Assembly: GCA_963821165.1 (NCBI GenBank)
Contig: CAWGCQ010000001.1
Location: 732,427-796,426 of the forward strand
Source: an uncultured Acidobacteriaceae bacterium
Lineage (GTDB): Bacteria; Acidobacteriota; Terriglobia; Terriglobales; Acidobacteriaceae
Direction: 5' to 3'
Length of the DNA: 64,000 nucleotides
Made by a program: the position numbers and the translations under genes. Positions 48,585-59,922 of the stretch are shown piece by piece (within the stretch, counting starts at the first letter, position 1; every line of letters begins with the position of its first letter). A model generated the notes under the pieces. It ran no database searches. It was not told the DNA's origin and worked only from the letters and a program-made list of their open reading frames with translations.

Positions 48585-50437
48585 ATGCATCGTTGGTCGA
48601 AGCTCTTCATTCCCACTCTCCGCGAAGCCCCAACAGACGCGGAAGTCGCAAGCCACAAACTCCTTCTGCGTGCTGGATATATCCGTCAGCTCGGCGCTGG
48701 CATCTACAGCTATCTGCCGCTCGGTCAGCGCTCGCTGAACAAGATCATCGCCATCGTCCGCGAAGAGATGGACAAGATTGGCCAGGAGTTCTTTCTCCCT
48801 GCCCTGAATCCAGCAGAGATCTGGCAGGAGTCCGGCCGCTGGATCGGCATGGGCGACAACATGTTCCGCCTAAAGGATCGCAAAGGCGCTGAGCTCTGCC
48901 TGGCGATGACGCACGAAGAGGTGATCACCTCCATCGCACGCAACGAACTGCGCAGCTACAAGCAGCTCCCGCAGATCTGGTACCAAATCCAGACCAAGTT
49001 TCGCGACGAACCCAGGCCCAAAGCAGGGCTGATGCGCGTCCGCCAGTTCATGATGAAGGACTCTTATTCCTTCGACATCGATGCAGCAGGTCTCGACGAT
49101 AGCTATAACAAGCACGACGCTGCATATCGCGCGATCTTTACTCGCTGCGGCTTGCACTTCGTGGCTGTCGATGCCGACTCCGGCGCAATGGGCGGATCGC
49201 AGTCGCAGGAGTTCATGGTCTACACCGAAGCCGGCGAAGACCTTATCGCCAGCTCAGCATCCGGCTATGCGGCAAACCTGGAGAAGGCGACGAGCAAGCT
49301 CATGCCTGTCGAGGACCTGGCTCCGACAGGCGATGGCACGCCGGAACTTGTCTACACTCCGGGCAAAGCTTCCATCGCGGATGTCACCGAGTTCTTCGGC
49401 ATCGAAGCCTCGCAGGACATCAAGTGCGTCGCTTTCATGGGACTGACTGCGGACACCGCATCTGTCCCGCGTCCCATCGTCGCGTTCCTTCGCGGCGATC
49501 ACCAGGTCAATGAAACCAAGCTCGCCGCGATAACCGGCGTTACCGAGCTTCGTCCAATGGTACCGCTTGAACTCGAGATCCACATCGGAGGTCCCGCAGG
49601 ATTTCTCGGACCTGTAGGCATTGCTGAGGTCATGACGCAAGGCTCGCTGAACGGCCTGAAGTCGGGCAAGGAGCTTGCGAAACTCAAGGGCGTTCTGCGC
49701 GAGAATCCGAGCGAAGGGTTGAAGTCCATCGTCGTGATGGACCTTGGTCTGGAAGGTCGCACGAATCTCGTCGCCGGCGCGAACAAGCTGGACTATCACT
49801 ATCGCAACGTCACACCCGGCCGCGACTTCACGCCGACCGCTCATCGCCGACATTCGCAACATCAACGAAGGCGAGCTCGATCCCATCGGCGGTCAGCCGC
49901 TGCGCCTCGGCAAAGCCATGGAGATCGGCCACATCTTCAAGCTCGGCTACAAGTACAGCGAGAGCATGAATGCGCGCGTGCTGGATGCCAACGGCAAAGA
50001 GGTAATGCCGATTATGGGATGCTACGGAATCGGCGTTGAGCGCATTCTTACCGCTGCGATTGAATCCAGTGCAGCGAAGTTCGCCGCGGAATCGTCGACC
50101 GAGCAATACGCTTTACCGGCCTCGATCGCGCCCTTACGAAGTGATCGTGACCATCACGAACGTGCGTGAACCGGAGCTTCTCCAAGCCGGTGAAGATATC
50201 GCCAGGAAGCTGGAGGCTGCGGGAGTCGATGTATTGCTGGACGATCGCGATGAGCGAGCCGGAGTAAAGTTCAAGGACGCAGAACTGATCGGAGTTCCTT
50301 ATCGAATCAATATCGGCAAGAAGCTCGCGGACGGCCAAGTCGAACTGGTAGATCGTCTGACCCAGAAGACCGAAGATCTGGCCGTTGATTCCGTTACGCA
50401 ACACCTCGTAGCGCTGCTTGCTGCGTCCAAACAATAG
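48585..50437 (+). CDS. proS: Proline--tRNA ligase, frameshifts near 49840 and 50130
   Basis: [74 protein letters not shown]. Confidence 0.97.
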
Positions 50438-50455
50438 GATCTTCGATTCGATCGC

Positions 50456-52980
50456 ATGCCTGTAAAAGTCAAACTCGATAGCACCTCCCATCCCGTTCTC
50501 TGGCAGCTGTTGCGTGCAGCTCTGGTGCTGGCGATCGTCTTCTTCCTAATTGGCGGCTCTGTTTTCGGCTATTTCTACTTGCGCTACCGTGGCCTGGTTG
50601 CTGAACGGCTCGCAAAGGGACCACTCTTTGCTCCGGTCGCGCAGGTCTATGCAGCGCCTCAGGAAGTTCGTCCAGGACAGCAACTCTCGGCATCTGCCAT
50701 CGCTGCCGCTCTGCGGCGCGCGGGATACAACACAAACCCGGAGCTAGGCAGCTATGAGCTTCGCGGCGATTCGATCCTGATCAAACCAGGCCCGCAAAGC
50801 TACCTCGCGATGGACGGCGCCACCATCACGTCCGAGGACGGCCAGGTTCAGAGCATCACGGCAGAGAACGGTGCTGCTTTGTCCGCCTATAAGCTCGAGC
50901 CTCAGCTTATAACGGCGTTATCAGAGGACAAGAATCGAACCAAGCGGCGTCTGGTTACCTATAACCAGATTCCACCAAACATGGTTCAGGCCGTGCTGGC
51001 GATTGAGGATCGCCGCTTCTTTGAGCACTCAGGTATCAACTATGTGCGCACTGCGAAGTGCGCAGTGCAGGATATTCTCGCTCACCGAATGAACTGCGGA
51101 GGATCCACGCTCACCCAGCAACTGGCCCGCGGGTTCTTTCTATCGTCAGAGAAAACGTACTCGCGGAAGATTGCCGAGGTTGTGATCACGTACCAACTCG
51201 AGGCTCGCTTCTCCAAGCAGCAGATCTTCGAGATGTATGCCAACGAGATCAACCTTGGCCAACGCGGTTCGTTCGCGATCAATGGCTTTGGCGAAGCCGC
51301 GCAGGCATATTTCGGGAAAGACCTGCGCCAGCTGGACCTAGCCGAATGTGCCTTGCTCGCGGGGATGATCCAGCGGCCAAACTACTTCGCTCCGTATCGT
51401 CATCCTGACCGAGCCATGGAGCGACGCAACGTCGTGTTGGATTCGATGGTGGAGACGGGCGCCATCACGCAGGAGCAGGCTGATCGAGCAAAGGCTGAGC
51501 CGATTCGTTTAGCCCCTCCAGATGCCGATGCAAGCGAGGCACCCTATTTCGTCGACCTCGTTCACGATCAGATCTTGCAGCGACTCGGCGACTCGGATGT
51601 CACTCGCTCGGCCCTGCGGATCTACACATCGCTCGATCCCGAGCTTCAGCGCGCAGCTGCCTCCGCGATCGAGGCGGGCATGAAAAATGTCGATGAACTT
51701 GTGCGCCGTCGCTACTTTGCGCTCAACCACAAGAAGGGCGAGAAGTTCAGCGCGGACTACACGCCGGACGGCCACATTACGTATCCGCAGGTCGCGCTGG
51801 TGGCGCTCAACCCGCACACGGGCCAGATTCTGGCTTTGATTGGTGGGCGCAACTACGGCGACTCGCAGCTGGACCACGCTCTTGCTGAGCGACCGACTGG
51901 ATCCATCTTCAAACCCTTTGTGTTCGCCGCTGCCTACAACACGTCTCTCGACGGCACGAACCTCGGTTCGGGCGGTGTCTTCACTGCTCTGACCGGATCA
52001 ACGACGACCCACAGGATTTCGGTATCAACGGCCAGAGCTATACTCCCGGAAATTTTGTGAAAGGCGAGTATCCCGGCATGGTTACGGCAGCCGACGCGCT
52101 TGCCCACTCCCTCAACATTGCGACCATATCGCTTGCCCAGATGGTTGGCTATGACAATGTCGCGGCTCTTGCGCGCTCGGCCGGCATCGTTAACGCGCGC
52201 GGCACACCGTCGGTCGCGATTGGCACCTACAACGCAACACCGCTGGAGATGGCAGGCGCGTACACCATATTCGCCAACAACGGCGTGCATCTCAAACCCT
52301 GGGTGCTCGCGAGCGTTCGCAATCCGCAGGGCGACATCGTTGCTGATTTCGCACCAGAAGCGAAACAGGTGCTTGACCCGCGCGCTGCCTTCCTCACGCA
52401 ATCGCTGCTGGAAGACGTGATGGCCTACGGCACGGGATCGACCGTACGCGCGCATGGCTTTACCGCTCCTGCAGCCGGCAAGACGGGCACGGAGCACGAT
52501 TCGTGGTTCGCGGGATATTCCTCCAATCTTCTATGCGTGATCTGGGTCGGCAATGATGATTACACCGACCTCAAGATCCAGGGCGCAGATGCTGCCGCGC
52601 CGATCTGGGCCGAGTTCATGAATCGGGCGATTCGCATTCCTCAATACTCGGACATGAAACCGCTGGGCCCTGCTCCCAGCGGCGTGGAGGTGCTGCGCAT
52701 CGATCGAACGACGAACCTGATCGCAGACGATTCCTGTCCGAACAACGCCTTCACAGCGGCCTTCCTGGTCGGAGCCGCACCTCAGGGCACTTGTTCCCAC
52801 ATGGGGGATGATTCTCAATCGCTGGGCAGCCGCATCTTCGGTTTCTTCACTGGGAAATCGGCGACTCCCGCTGCGCCTCCAGGCGATACGCAGCCGGCTG
52901 ATGCCACCAAGCACCGAAATCTGCTGCAAAAGATATTTGGCACTGGCAAGGATAAGCCAAAGGATCAACCACCGCAGTAG
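50456..52980 (+). CDS. Class A penicillin-binding protein (PBP1B-like), frameshift near 52000
   Basis: EDRRFFEH, GSTLTQQL, RKIAE; SIFK, SLN and KTGT transpeptidase motifs. Confidence 0.94.
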
Positions 52981-53028
52981 CTGCGTTGACCTGTTTCGCT
53001 GAATCGAGTGGTCGGATGGGGCTCGTTC

Positions 53029-54366
53029 TCAAGCTAGCTGGATCGGTTGATGCTGCTGCGCGCGCGCGCGGCCCAACGTGTGGTCTAAATTGCCTAGCCA
53101 ATATCGCAACAGGAAATAGCCAATTGCCCAGATGATCAGATTCACCACGAACTGCGTTATCCAAAACCATTTGTATGCCATCGAAAACATCAGCATATGC
53201 ATTCCGAAAAATGCCAGGCCCGCGCACTCACGGCCCAGTGTTGCTGGCTTGTACGGAAATTTATCGAAGAGCAGGGGCAGCGCCACGAAGAAGATAGGCC
53301 ACGCGTATCCGATGAGGCGCGCAAACCAGGTTCCCAGCACGGGCGCCAATATGAGAGATGCAACCCCGTAAAGCAGAGCGAAGCGCAAGAGGACACTCGG
53401 TGAGTTGAGCTTTCTGCCTCGCCACCAAAGGAAGGCCAGCAGTAGCGGCAAGAGGCCAAATTCACTCAATACGGCTTCAGATATAAGCACCCATCCCGTG
53501 ACCGAAAATCCGCATATCCCAATCGCATGCACTTGTCCAAGGTGAAGCTGCCATGACCACCGAGGAACTGCGCAGAATTGAGTGTTCACGTTGCTCCACG
53601 GAACCAATCCGAAGACGTTGTACATAAAATTCCAAGGCACTTTCGCGAGCATATAGATTGACTCTGGAAGGTTCTCCGCGTTGGGCTGCGCGCGCATTGC
53701 AAGATGTTTCACCACGACGCTCCCTGCGAGCGTTGAGACAACCGCAACAATTCTGTCCGTCCATCTCAACCTCTTCCAGGCTGCGATCAAGAAGCAGACG
53801 AGGGTCAGCGACGTCGACTCTCGAGAGAGCATCAGAGGAAACATCATCACGGCCGCTGCCAGCATGTGTTCGTCGTCCAGCAAGAGAAGCAATACGGCTA
53901 AAAGCGCTGAGTACCAGAGGTCGGGCAAGACGAGGTCCTGCAACAGAAAGGGCCAGAACGGCGCAAACGCCATGGCAAACAAAAACCATCTGGGAGCTGT
54001 TGTTTTGAGTGCGAGATAGTAGATTGCGACCAGCATAAAAACGATGGAGGCAGTGCCTTCGATCAAGAATCCGCGCTCAACGGTGGAGTGGAACAGATGC
54101 ATCCATCCAGTCACCATGAGAGCGCCAAGCTGGCGGGACGCGAAGGGTTGCATCACTTGGCTATAGTCGCCTGTGGCCATTGCAATATAGAACCGCGCGT
54201 CACCATTGATAAAGACTGACTCGGAATGCCCAACGCTATACATGGCGTAGAGCAAGCAGCAGATGATTGCTGCGAGCGCTACGGCGACGCGCATGACTGG
54301 AGGCATTCGTCGTATGGGCGCGTTGAACGCGCGAACTATCGCAAGAGCTTTAGCAGACAAACGCAA
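53029..54366 (-). CDS. Hypothetical polytopic membrane protein, possibly a GT-C fold glycosyltransferase
   Basis: About 10 TM helices; first-loop GDARFY and later LSRES; AT-richer than its neighbours. Confidence 0.6.
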   Translation of the reverse strand: MRLSAKALAIVRAFNAPIRRMPPVMRVAVALAAIICCLLYAMYSVGHSESVFINGDARFYIAMATGDYSQVMQPFASRQLGALMVTGWMHLFHSTVERGFLIEGTASIVFMLVAIYYLALKTTAPRWFLFAMAFAPFWPFLLQDLVLPDLWYSALLAVLLLLLDDEHMLAAAVMMFPLMLSRESTSLTLVCFLIAAWKRLRWTDRIVAVVSTLAGSVVVKHLAMRAQPNAENLPESIYMLAKVPWNFMYNVFGLVPWSNVNTQFCAVPRWSWQLHLGQVHAIGICGFSVTGWVLISEAVLSEFGLLPLLLAFLWWRGRKLNSPSVLLRFALLYGVASLILAPVLGTWFARLIGYAWPIFFVALPLLFDKFPYKPATLGRECAGLAFFGMHMLMFSMAYKWFWITQFVVNLIIWAIGYFLLRYWLGNLDHTLGRARAQQHQPIQLA

Positions 54367-54470
54367 TCATCTCCTTGAATGCTCCAGCCTTTAGCGCATT
54401 CCTCCACCCTTATACATGGAGCGGATTTCGAACTGCTGTTCGACGTTCGAAGCCTGCGTTGAGACGGGAC

Positions 54471-55008
54471 CAGGGTACCCCCCTCCCCCCTCCACCTGGC
54501 TGTTTTTGCGCTAAAGTCGTGCAATCAGACTAGTTAGGTGGCAAAGTATCCCCTTCTCAGGGGCGACTTCTTGGCGTAACTGATTGTATTCAGGCGGGTT
54601 AAGGGGCAAAGTATCCCCCCGGCGGTGGTGGTTGTCGCGATGGGCGCCTCGCGTATGCCCCCCCTCCCCCTACTTTCACCTTTGGTTAGTGAAGTCGTTT
54701 GGAATGTGCGGGTTCGTTGGTGAAAGCTGCTTTCACTCGGCTCATTCTAAACGAGTTACGGCTATGATCTTCTCTCCGTTGGAGTTAGGGTTTAAATGTG
54801 AAAGCTGCAGCCGGTAACTCGCCGGTGCAGCTTGTTTGCATTTGGGCTCTACTTCAAGTGTATCAAGTTGGGTAGGTAACTATGCCAAGTTGGTGAGAGA
54901 GAAATCGCCAGTGGCGGCGCGGGTTTTGGGGCGTTCGCGGGTGGGTGGGGGCTTGACATGCGAAATCCGGGCTGTTTTCGAAGCTGGTTCCAGAATTTAT
55001 TTTTCTGC
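54471..55008 (-). repeat. Structured non-coding element, right copy of the long inverted repeat
   Basis: Reverse complement of 45702-46244. Confidence 0.95.
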
Positions 55009-55031
55009 GCGGCCGCGAGGGCTGCGCGGGG

Positions 55032-56669
55032 TCAGGATGGATATGGAAGAGGCTGCTCGGTTTTGGGTGGGATGGTTTGCATGGCGCGTTCGGTCAGGGC
55101 GGTGATGGTGAGGGCGGGATTGACGCCTAGATTGGCGCTGATGACGGAGCCGTCGCAGATGTAGAGGTTGGTGTAGTTGAAGATGCGGTGGTAGCTGTCG
55201 ATGACGCCGTGGGCGGGGGTGTCGGCCATGGGGGCACCGCCGATGCAGTGGGCGGTCATGGGGATGTTGAAGAGGACCTCGGTGATGGTGGTGCAGGGGA
55301 CGCCGCCGGTGACCTGGGCGCCTAGTTCGGCGAAGCGGTTGGCGGAGGGGATGTAGGTGGGGATCGGGTCGCCGGCGGTGGTGAGGACCTTGACGAAGGG
55401 CCAGTACCAGGGGCGTTTGAGGCGCATGGTGAGAGGGCTGTCGATGGCCTGCATGCAGAGGAGGATGAGGGTTTCGTGAGAGGCGCCGAAGGGTTGGAGG
55501 GCGCGGAGGGTTCGCAGCGGGGACCTGAGGAACTGGACCGCGAGGGTGCGCAGCCAGGTGAGGATGCGGGAGGGGCCGGGGCGGCCATTGACGAGCAGGG
55601 TGGAGAGCGGGCTAAGGGCGTCGGAGCCGCGGGGGTAGCGGACGGCTTCGATGTGGGTGTTGGCGTCGATGTAGATGCCGGAGCCGATGGCGATGCCGGC
55701 GGAGAGGTCGTCGGAAGTGCGGGGATAGCGGACGGCGATGAGGGACTCGGCGTTGGTGAGGACGCGGTTGCCTAGCTGGCCGGAGATGTTGGGCAGGGAG
55801 CCTTTTTGCTTGAGGCGGAAGAGGAGGTCTTGCGTGCCGAGGGAGGAGCCGGCGAAGATGACGCCGCGGGTGGTGAGGCGCTGGACGGGGCCTTTGAACC
55901 AGCCGTTGGACGATTGGGTGAAGACCTCGTAGCCGTCGCTTCCGTCGGGCGCGGCGTTGAGGGGACGGACGTCGATGACCTTGGTTTCGGCGAGGATGCG
56001 GGCGCCCTTTTTCTCGGCGAGGTAGAGGTAGTTTTTGTCGAGGGTGTTCTTGGCCTTGTGGCGGCAGCCGACCATGCAGCCTCCGCAGGCGATGCAGGTC
56101 TGGCGGGCGGGGCCTTCACCGTCGAAGTAGGGGTCGGGGGAGGGGGTGCCGGGTGGGTCGTTGGGGGTGCCGAAGAAGACGGCGACGTCTGTGGGGTAGA
56201 AGGTGTGGGCTACGTTTGCGGCCTCGGCCATCTGTTGGAGCTTGAGGTCTGCGGGGCCGAGGATGGGGTTGGAGACTACGCCCATCATGCGTTTGGCGGT
56301 GGCGTAGTGCGCGGGCATGATGTGCTTCCAGTCGTCGAGGCCGGCCCAGGTGCCGTGGTCCCAGATGGTGTCGGGCGGGACGAGCATGGTGTTGGCGTAG
56401 GTGATGGAGCCTCCGCCTACGGCGTTGCCGTGGAGGACGATGACGTGACGGAAGAAGCGGAGGTTGAAGAAGCCGCGCAGGCCTAGCTTGGGTTTCCAGA
56501 AATAGCGGTTGAGGGTCCAGTTGGTCTCGGGGAGATTTTCGGGGGTCCAGCGGCGGCCCATCTCGACTACGAGGACTTTGTAGCCTTTTTCGGTGAGGCG
56601 CAGGGCAGAGACGCTGCCGCCGAAGCCTGATCCGACGATGAGGAAGTCATAGTCGAAGGGCGGCGGCAT
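55032..56669 (-). CDS. GMC oxidoreductase, cholesterol oxidase (ChoD)-like
   Basis: GSGFGGSV.ALRL.EKG, VGGGS..YAN, CIACGGCMVGC, TAHCIGG, NLGVNP.LTI.A..ER. Confidence 0.9.
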   Translation of the reverse strand: MPPPFDYDFLIVGSGFGGSVSALRLTEKGYKVLVVEMGRRWTPENLPETNWTLNRYFWKPKLGLRGFFNLRFFRHVIVLHGNAVGGGSITYANTMLVPPDTIWDHGTWAGLDDWKHIMPAHYATAKRMMGVVSNPILGPADLKLQQMAEAANVAHTFYPTDVAVFFGTPNDPPGTPSPDPYFDGEGPARQTCIACGGCMVGCRHKAKNTLDKNYLYLAEKKGARILAETKVIDVRPLNAAPDGSDGYEVFTQSSNGWFKGPVQRLTTRGVIFAGSSLGTQDLLFRLKQKGSLPNISGQLGNRVLTNAESLIAVRYPRTSDDLSAGIAIGSGIYIDANTHIEAVRYPRGSDALSPLSTLLVNGRPGPSRILTWLRTLAVQFLRSPLRTLRALQPFGASHETLILLCMQAIDSPLTMRLKRPWYWPFVKVLTTAGDPIPTYIPSANRFAELGAQVTGGVPCTTITEVLFNIPMTAHCIGGAPMADTPAHGVIDSYHRIFNYTNLYICDGSVISANLGVNPALTITALTERAMQTIPPKTEQPLPYPS

Positions 56670-56720
56670 AGGTGGACCTCGGGTAAGAGCTGCTGGAGCG
56701 GGATAAGTATACGCAGCGGG

Positions 56721-57855
56721 CTACCTGGGATATCCCTGCCAGATGTACTCGAGGGCTTCGGGGAGGGTTTGGGCGCGGACGGCGTGGTCTACGTGGCCGG
56801 CGTTGCGGGCGAAGACGAACTGGTAGGGGTAGTGTTTGGCGGCGAGGACGCGGGCCATGTCTTCGTTGGCGACGACCCAGTCGTGCATGTCGTCGCGCAT
56901 GAGGTTGGGGTTGTAGAGGTCGCGGTCGCCTACTTCAAGCCAAAGGCGGAGCGGCTTGCGCGGGGAGTTGGGGATGAGGGTGGGTGGAAGCCCCAGGCGC
57001 CTTGCGGGGTTGCGGGGTTCCAGGGCCACTGCTGGTTGACGTAGGTGCCGGAGTAGGTGAGGACGCGGTGGTAGAGGTCGGGGTGGTACCAGGCCATGAT
57101 GAGGGCGCAGGAGCCTCCGGAGCTGCCGCCCATGGTGGCGCGGGCGTCGGGGTCGTGGGAGAGCTTGACGTGGGCCTGGGCTTCGACGAGGGGGAGGACT
57201 TCGTGTTCCACGAACTCGGCGTAGCGGGGAGAGAGGGTGTCGTACTCGAGGCCGCGCTCGGAGCCCTGGGCGTCGCCGCCACCGTTCTGGATGGAGATGG
57301 CGATCATGGGTGGGAGCTTGTGCTCGGCGATGAGGTTGTCGAGGACGGTGAAGAGAAGTTGGTCAGGGCCGTCGGCGCCTACGATGAAGGGAGCGACCGT
57401 GCCGGGGACGTACTCGGCGGGGACGTAGACGGTGACGTGGCGGGTGTAGGGCGCGGGGTGGCTGGTGGTGACGATGAGACTGGCGGGGTTGGTGGGGTCG
57501 GGCGTGCCGAAGGTGCCTGTGTCGCGGGCGATGCCGGGGTAGTATTTGCTGTCGGCGGAGGACATGGTGATGTGGTGAGGGTGCCGTGGGAGACGTCGGG
57601 GTTGGAGGTGGACTCGGGTGCGGGGGTGTGGGTGGGACCGATGATGAAGTTGCCGTTCTGCGTGGGCGCGGGGAGGGTGCCGTCGGGGAGTTCGGTGGGT
57701 GCTGGGCGCACGGCCGGAGTTCGGGTTGGTGGCGTGGGGCGGACGTAAGGGGCTTGCGCGGAGGCGATGGGCTGCGGCGTTGGGGCGGGCGTTTGGGCTA
57801 GCGTTGTGGTGGTCAGGAAGGCGAGGAGCGAGGCGGTGCGGAGGAGGTTGGGCAC
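56721..57855 (-). CDS. Secreted alpha/beta hydrolase (enterochelin esterase-like), frameshifts near 57570 and 56985
   Basis: VTVYVP, ERGLEYD, GGSSGG nucleophile elbow, GHVD. Confidence 0.85.
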
Positions 57856-57967
57856 GAGAGACTCCGGCGGGACGGCTGGCTTGCTATGGCGGTAGCGACG
57901 GGCTACCCTAAACGACTTACGATTGAGGATATCGAAGTGTTTCGATTGGGAGTGGAAAAGGTCATCG

Positions 57968-58387
57968 ATGGTGAGTGAGGCGGAGAAGGCGAGGCTTAGG
58001 GAGTTGGCGGCGAAGGCGGCGGAGCATGCGTATGCTCCGTATAGCCGGTTTCGTGTGGGGGCGGCGCTGCTGCTGGATGATGGGTCGATGGTGACGGGAT
58101 GCAACGTGGAGAACTGCTCGTACCGGCTGACGAGCTGCGCGGAGCAGGGGGCGATTGCGCGGGCCGTGGCGGAGCGGGGCCCGGGGATACGGGTGCGGGC
58201 GGTGGCTGTGGCGAATTTGAATGACGCGGCGAGTATGCCTTGCGGGGCTTGCCGGCAGACGCTGAGTGAGTTTGGCGAGGATGGGATGGTGGTGCTGTAT
58301 CCGGGCGAGAATGGGCCGGAGGAGACGACGCTGGGGGAGTTGCTGCCACATGCGTTTCGGGCGCAGTTTCTTAACGGCAGGGATTAG
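57968..58387 (+). CDS. cdd: Cytidine deaminase
   Basis: AYAPYSRFRVGAA, GCNVEN, CAE, PCGACRQ, ELLP.AF. Confidence 0.95.
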   Translation: MVSEAEKARLRELAAKAAEHAYAPYSRFRVGAALLLDDGSMVTGCNVENCSYRLTSCAEQGAIARAVAERGPGIRVRAVAVANLNDAASMPCGACRQTLSEFGEDGMVVLYPGENGPEETTLGELLPHAFRAQFLNGRD

Positions 58388-58409
58388 GGAACAGGGATTA
58401 GGGATTAGG
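58378..58409 (-). repeat. Heptamer array, G-rich orientation on +
   Basis: caggg attaggg aacaggg attaggg attagg, the reverse complement of 8542-8573. Confidence 0.9.
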
Positions 58410-58418
58410 TGGTTTGCG

Positions 58419-59922
58419 ATGCGTGCGATGGATTTGTTGTTGAAGAAGCGGGATGGGTTGGAGTTGTCGACGGCGGAGATTGAGTTTTTTGTGCGGGCCG
58501 TGGTGCGGAATGGCGAGTCGAAGCTGGCAGCAGGGGCGGGGAATGCGGGGGGCCTTCCCCTTCGGCAAGCTCAGGGTCAGGATGACGGCGAAAAGCAAGG
58601 CGAGACATCGGGGGCTTCCAACGAAAAGATCACGGACGCGCAGTTGGGGGCGTTTTTGATGGCGGTGTTTGAGCGGGGGCTTTCGCTGCGGGAGCTGGGC
58701 GATCTTGACGCGGGCGATGCGGTTCTCGGGGGAGACGTTCGACGCTTCGGGATTGGATAGCGTTTACGTTGGATAAGCACTCGACGGGGGGCGTGGGGGA
58801 TAAGAGCTCGCTGCTGATTGCGCCGGTGTGGGCGGCGGCGGGGATGGATGGTGGCGCGAGTGTGTCGGTGCCGATGATCTCGGGGCGCTCGCTGGGTCAC
58901 ACGGGCGGGACGCTGGATAAGCTGGAGACGATTCCCGGGTTCGATTCGCAGCTAAGTTTGGCGCGGATGGGCGAGGTGCTGCGGGAGTGTCATGCGGCGC
59001 TGGTGGGACAGACGCCGAGGCTGGTTCCGGCGGACCGGATTCTGTATGGGATGCGAGATCACACGGGGACGGTGGAGTCTCCATTTTTGATCTGCGCGAG
59101 CATTATGAGCAAGAAGCTGGCGGAGGACCTGCGCGGGCTGGTGCTGGATGTGAAGGTGGGGTCGGGCGCGTTCATGCCGACGGAGGAGCGGTCACGGTTT
59201 CTGGCAGAGCTGATGGTGTCTACCGGTGAGTCGGCGGGAACGAAGACGGTTGCGTTACTGACGGCGATGGACGAGCCGTTGGGGAGGTTTTCGGGAAACT
59301 GGGTGGAGGTTTGGGAGTGCGTGGATATTATGAAGGGCGTGCGGCATGCGATGTCGGCGGACCTGATTGAGCTGTCGAATGCGCTGAGCGGGTGGGGATT
59401 GTTCCTGGCGGGGCGGACTGGGTCGCCGGAGGAGGGTGCGGCGCTGGCGGATGAGATGTTGCGGTCGGGGGCGGCGTATGCGGCGTGGCTGAAGATTGTC
59501 GCGGCGCAGGGTGGGGACACGAGCGTGTTTGAGGATCCGGCGGCGTTTCACAAGCCGACGGGCGATGCGGGTGCTGCGGTCGCTCGCGCGACGGGTTCCT
59601 GGTGGGGATGGACTGTAAGGAAGTTGGCTGGGCGGTGCAGCGGCTGGGCGCGGGGAGGGCGCGGCCGGGCGATCCGGTGAGCGCGCATGCGGGGATTGAA
59701 TCGCATGCGAAGATTGGGGACAGGGTGGAGGCTGGGCAGGCGCTGTTTACGTTGTTCAGCGAGGATGAGGCGTTGATCGAGGAGCCGTACCGGATGATGG
59801 AGGCCACGGTGCAGATTGCGGAGGAGCGGCGGGAGCGGCTGCCGCTGGTGCGCGAGGTGGTGAGTGCGAGAGCTAATGGGGCGATCGAATCTGCGCCCGA
59901 TCTGCGGCGCAGGCTGACTTAG
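58419..59922 (+). CDS. Thymidine/pyrimidine-nucleoside phosphorylase, frameshifts near 58710 and 59580
   Basis: KKRDG.ELS..EI, DKHSTGGVGDK, SGRSLGHTGGTLDKLE, SIMSKK, LDVKVGSGAFM, LGAGR. Confidence 0.94.

Noticed and set aside
54953-54958. TTGACA (mirrored at 45757-45762) as an outward -35 promoter
   Set aside because: Conserved in both copies but no plausible -10 at 16-18 bp spacing in either.
45702-55008. Composite transposon or prophage bounded by the inverted repeats
   Set aside because: No transposase, integrase or phage gene; the cargo is core genes; I see no target-site duplication.
45702-55008. Canonical oriC, or terminus with dif
   Set aside because: No dnaA, dnaN or gidA, and no TTATCCACA cluster by eye. 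No dif-like 28-mer found between the converging GGGNAGGG motifs, and the skew polarity is opposite to a usual terminus. A computed search is still needed.
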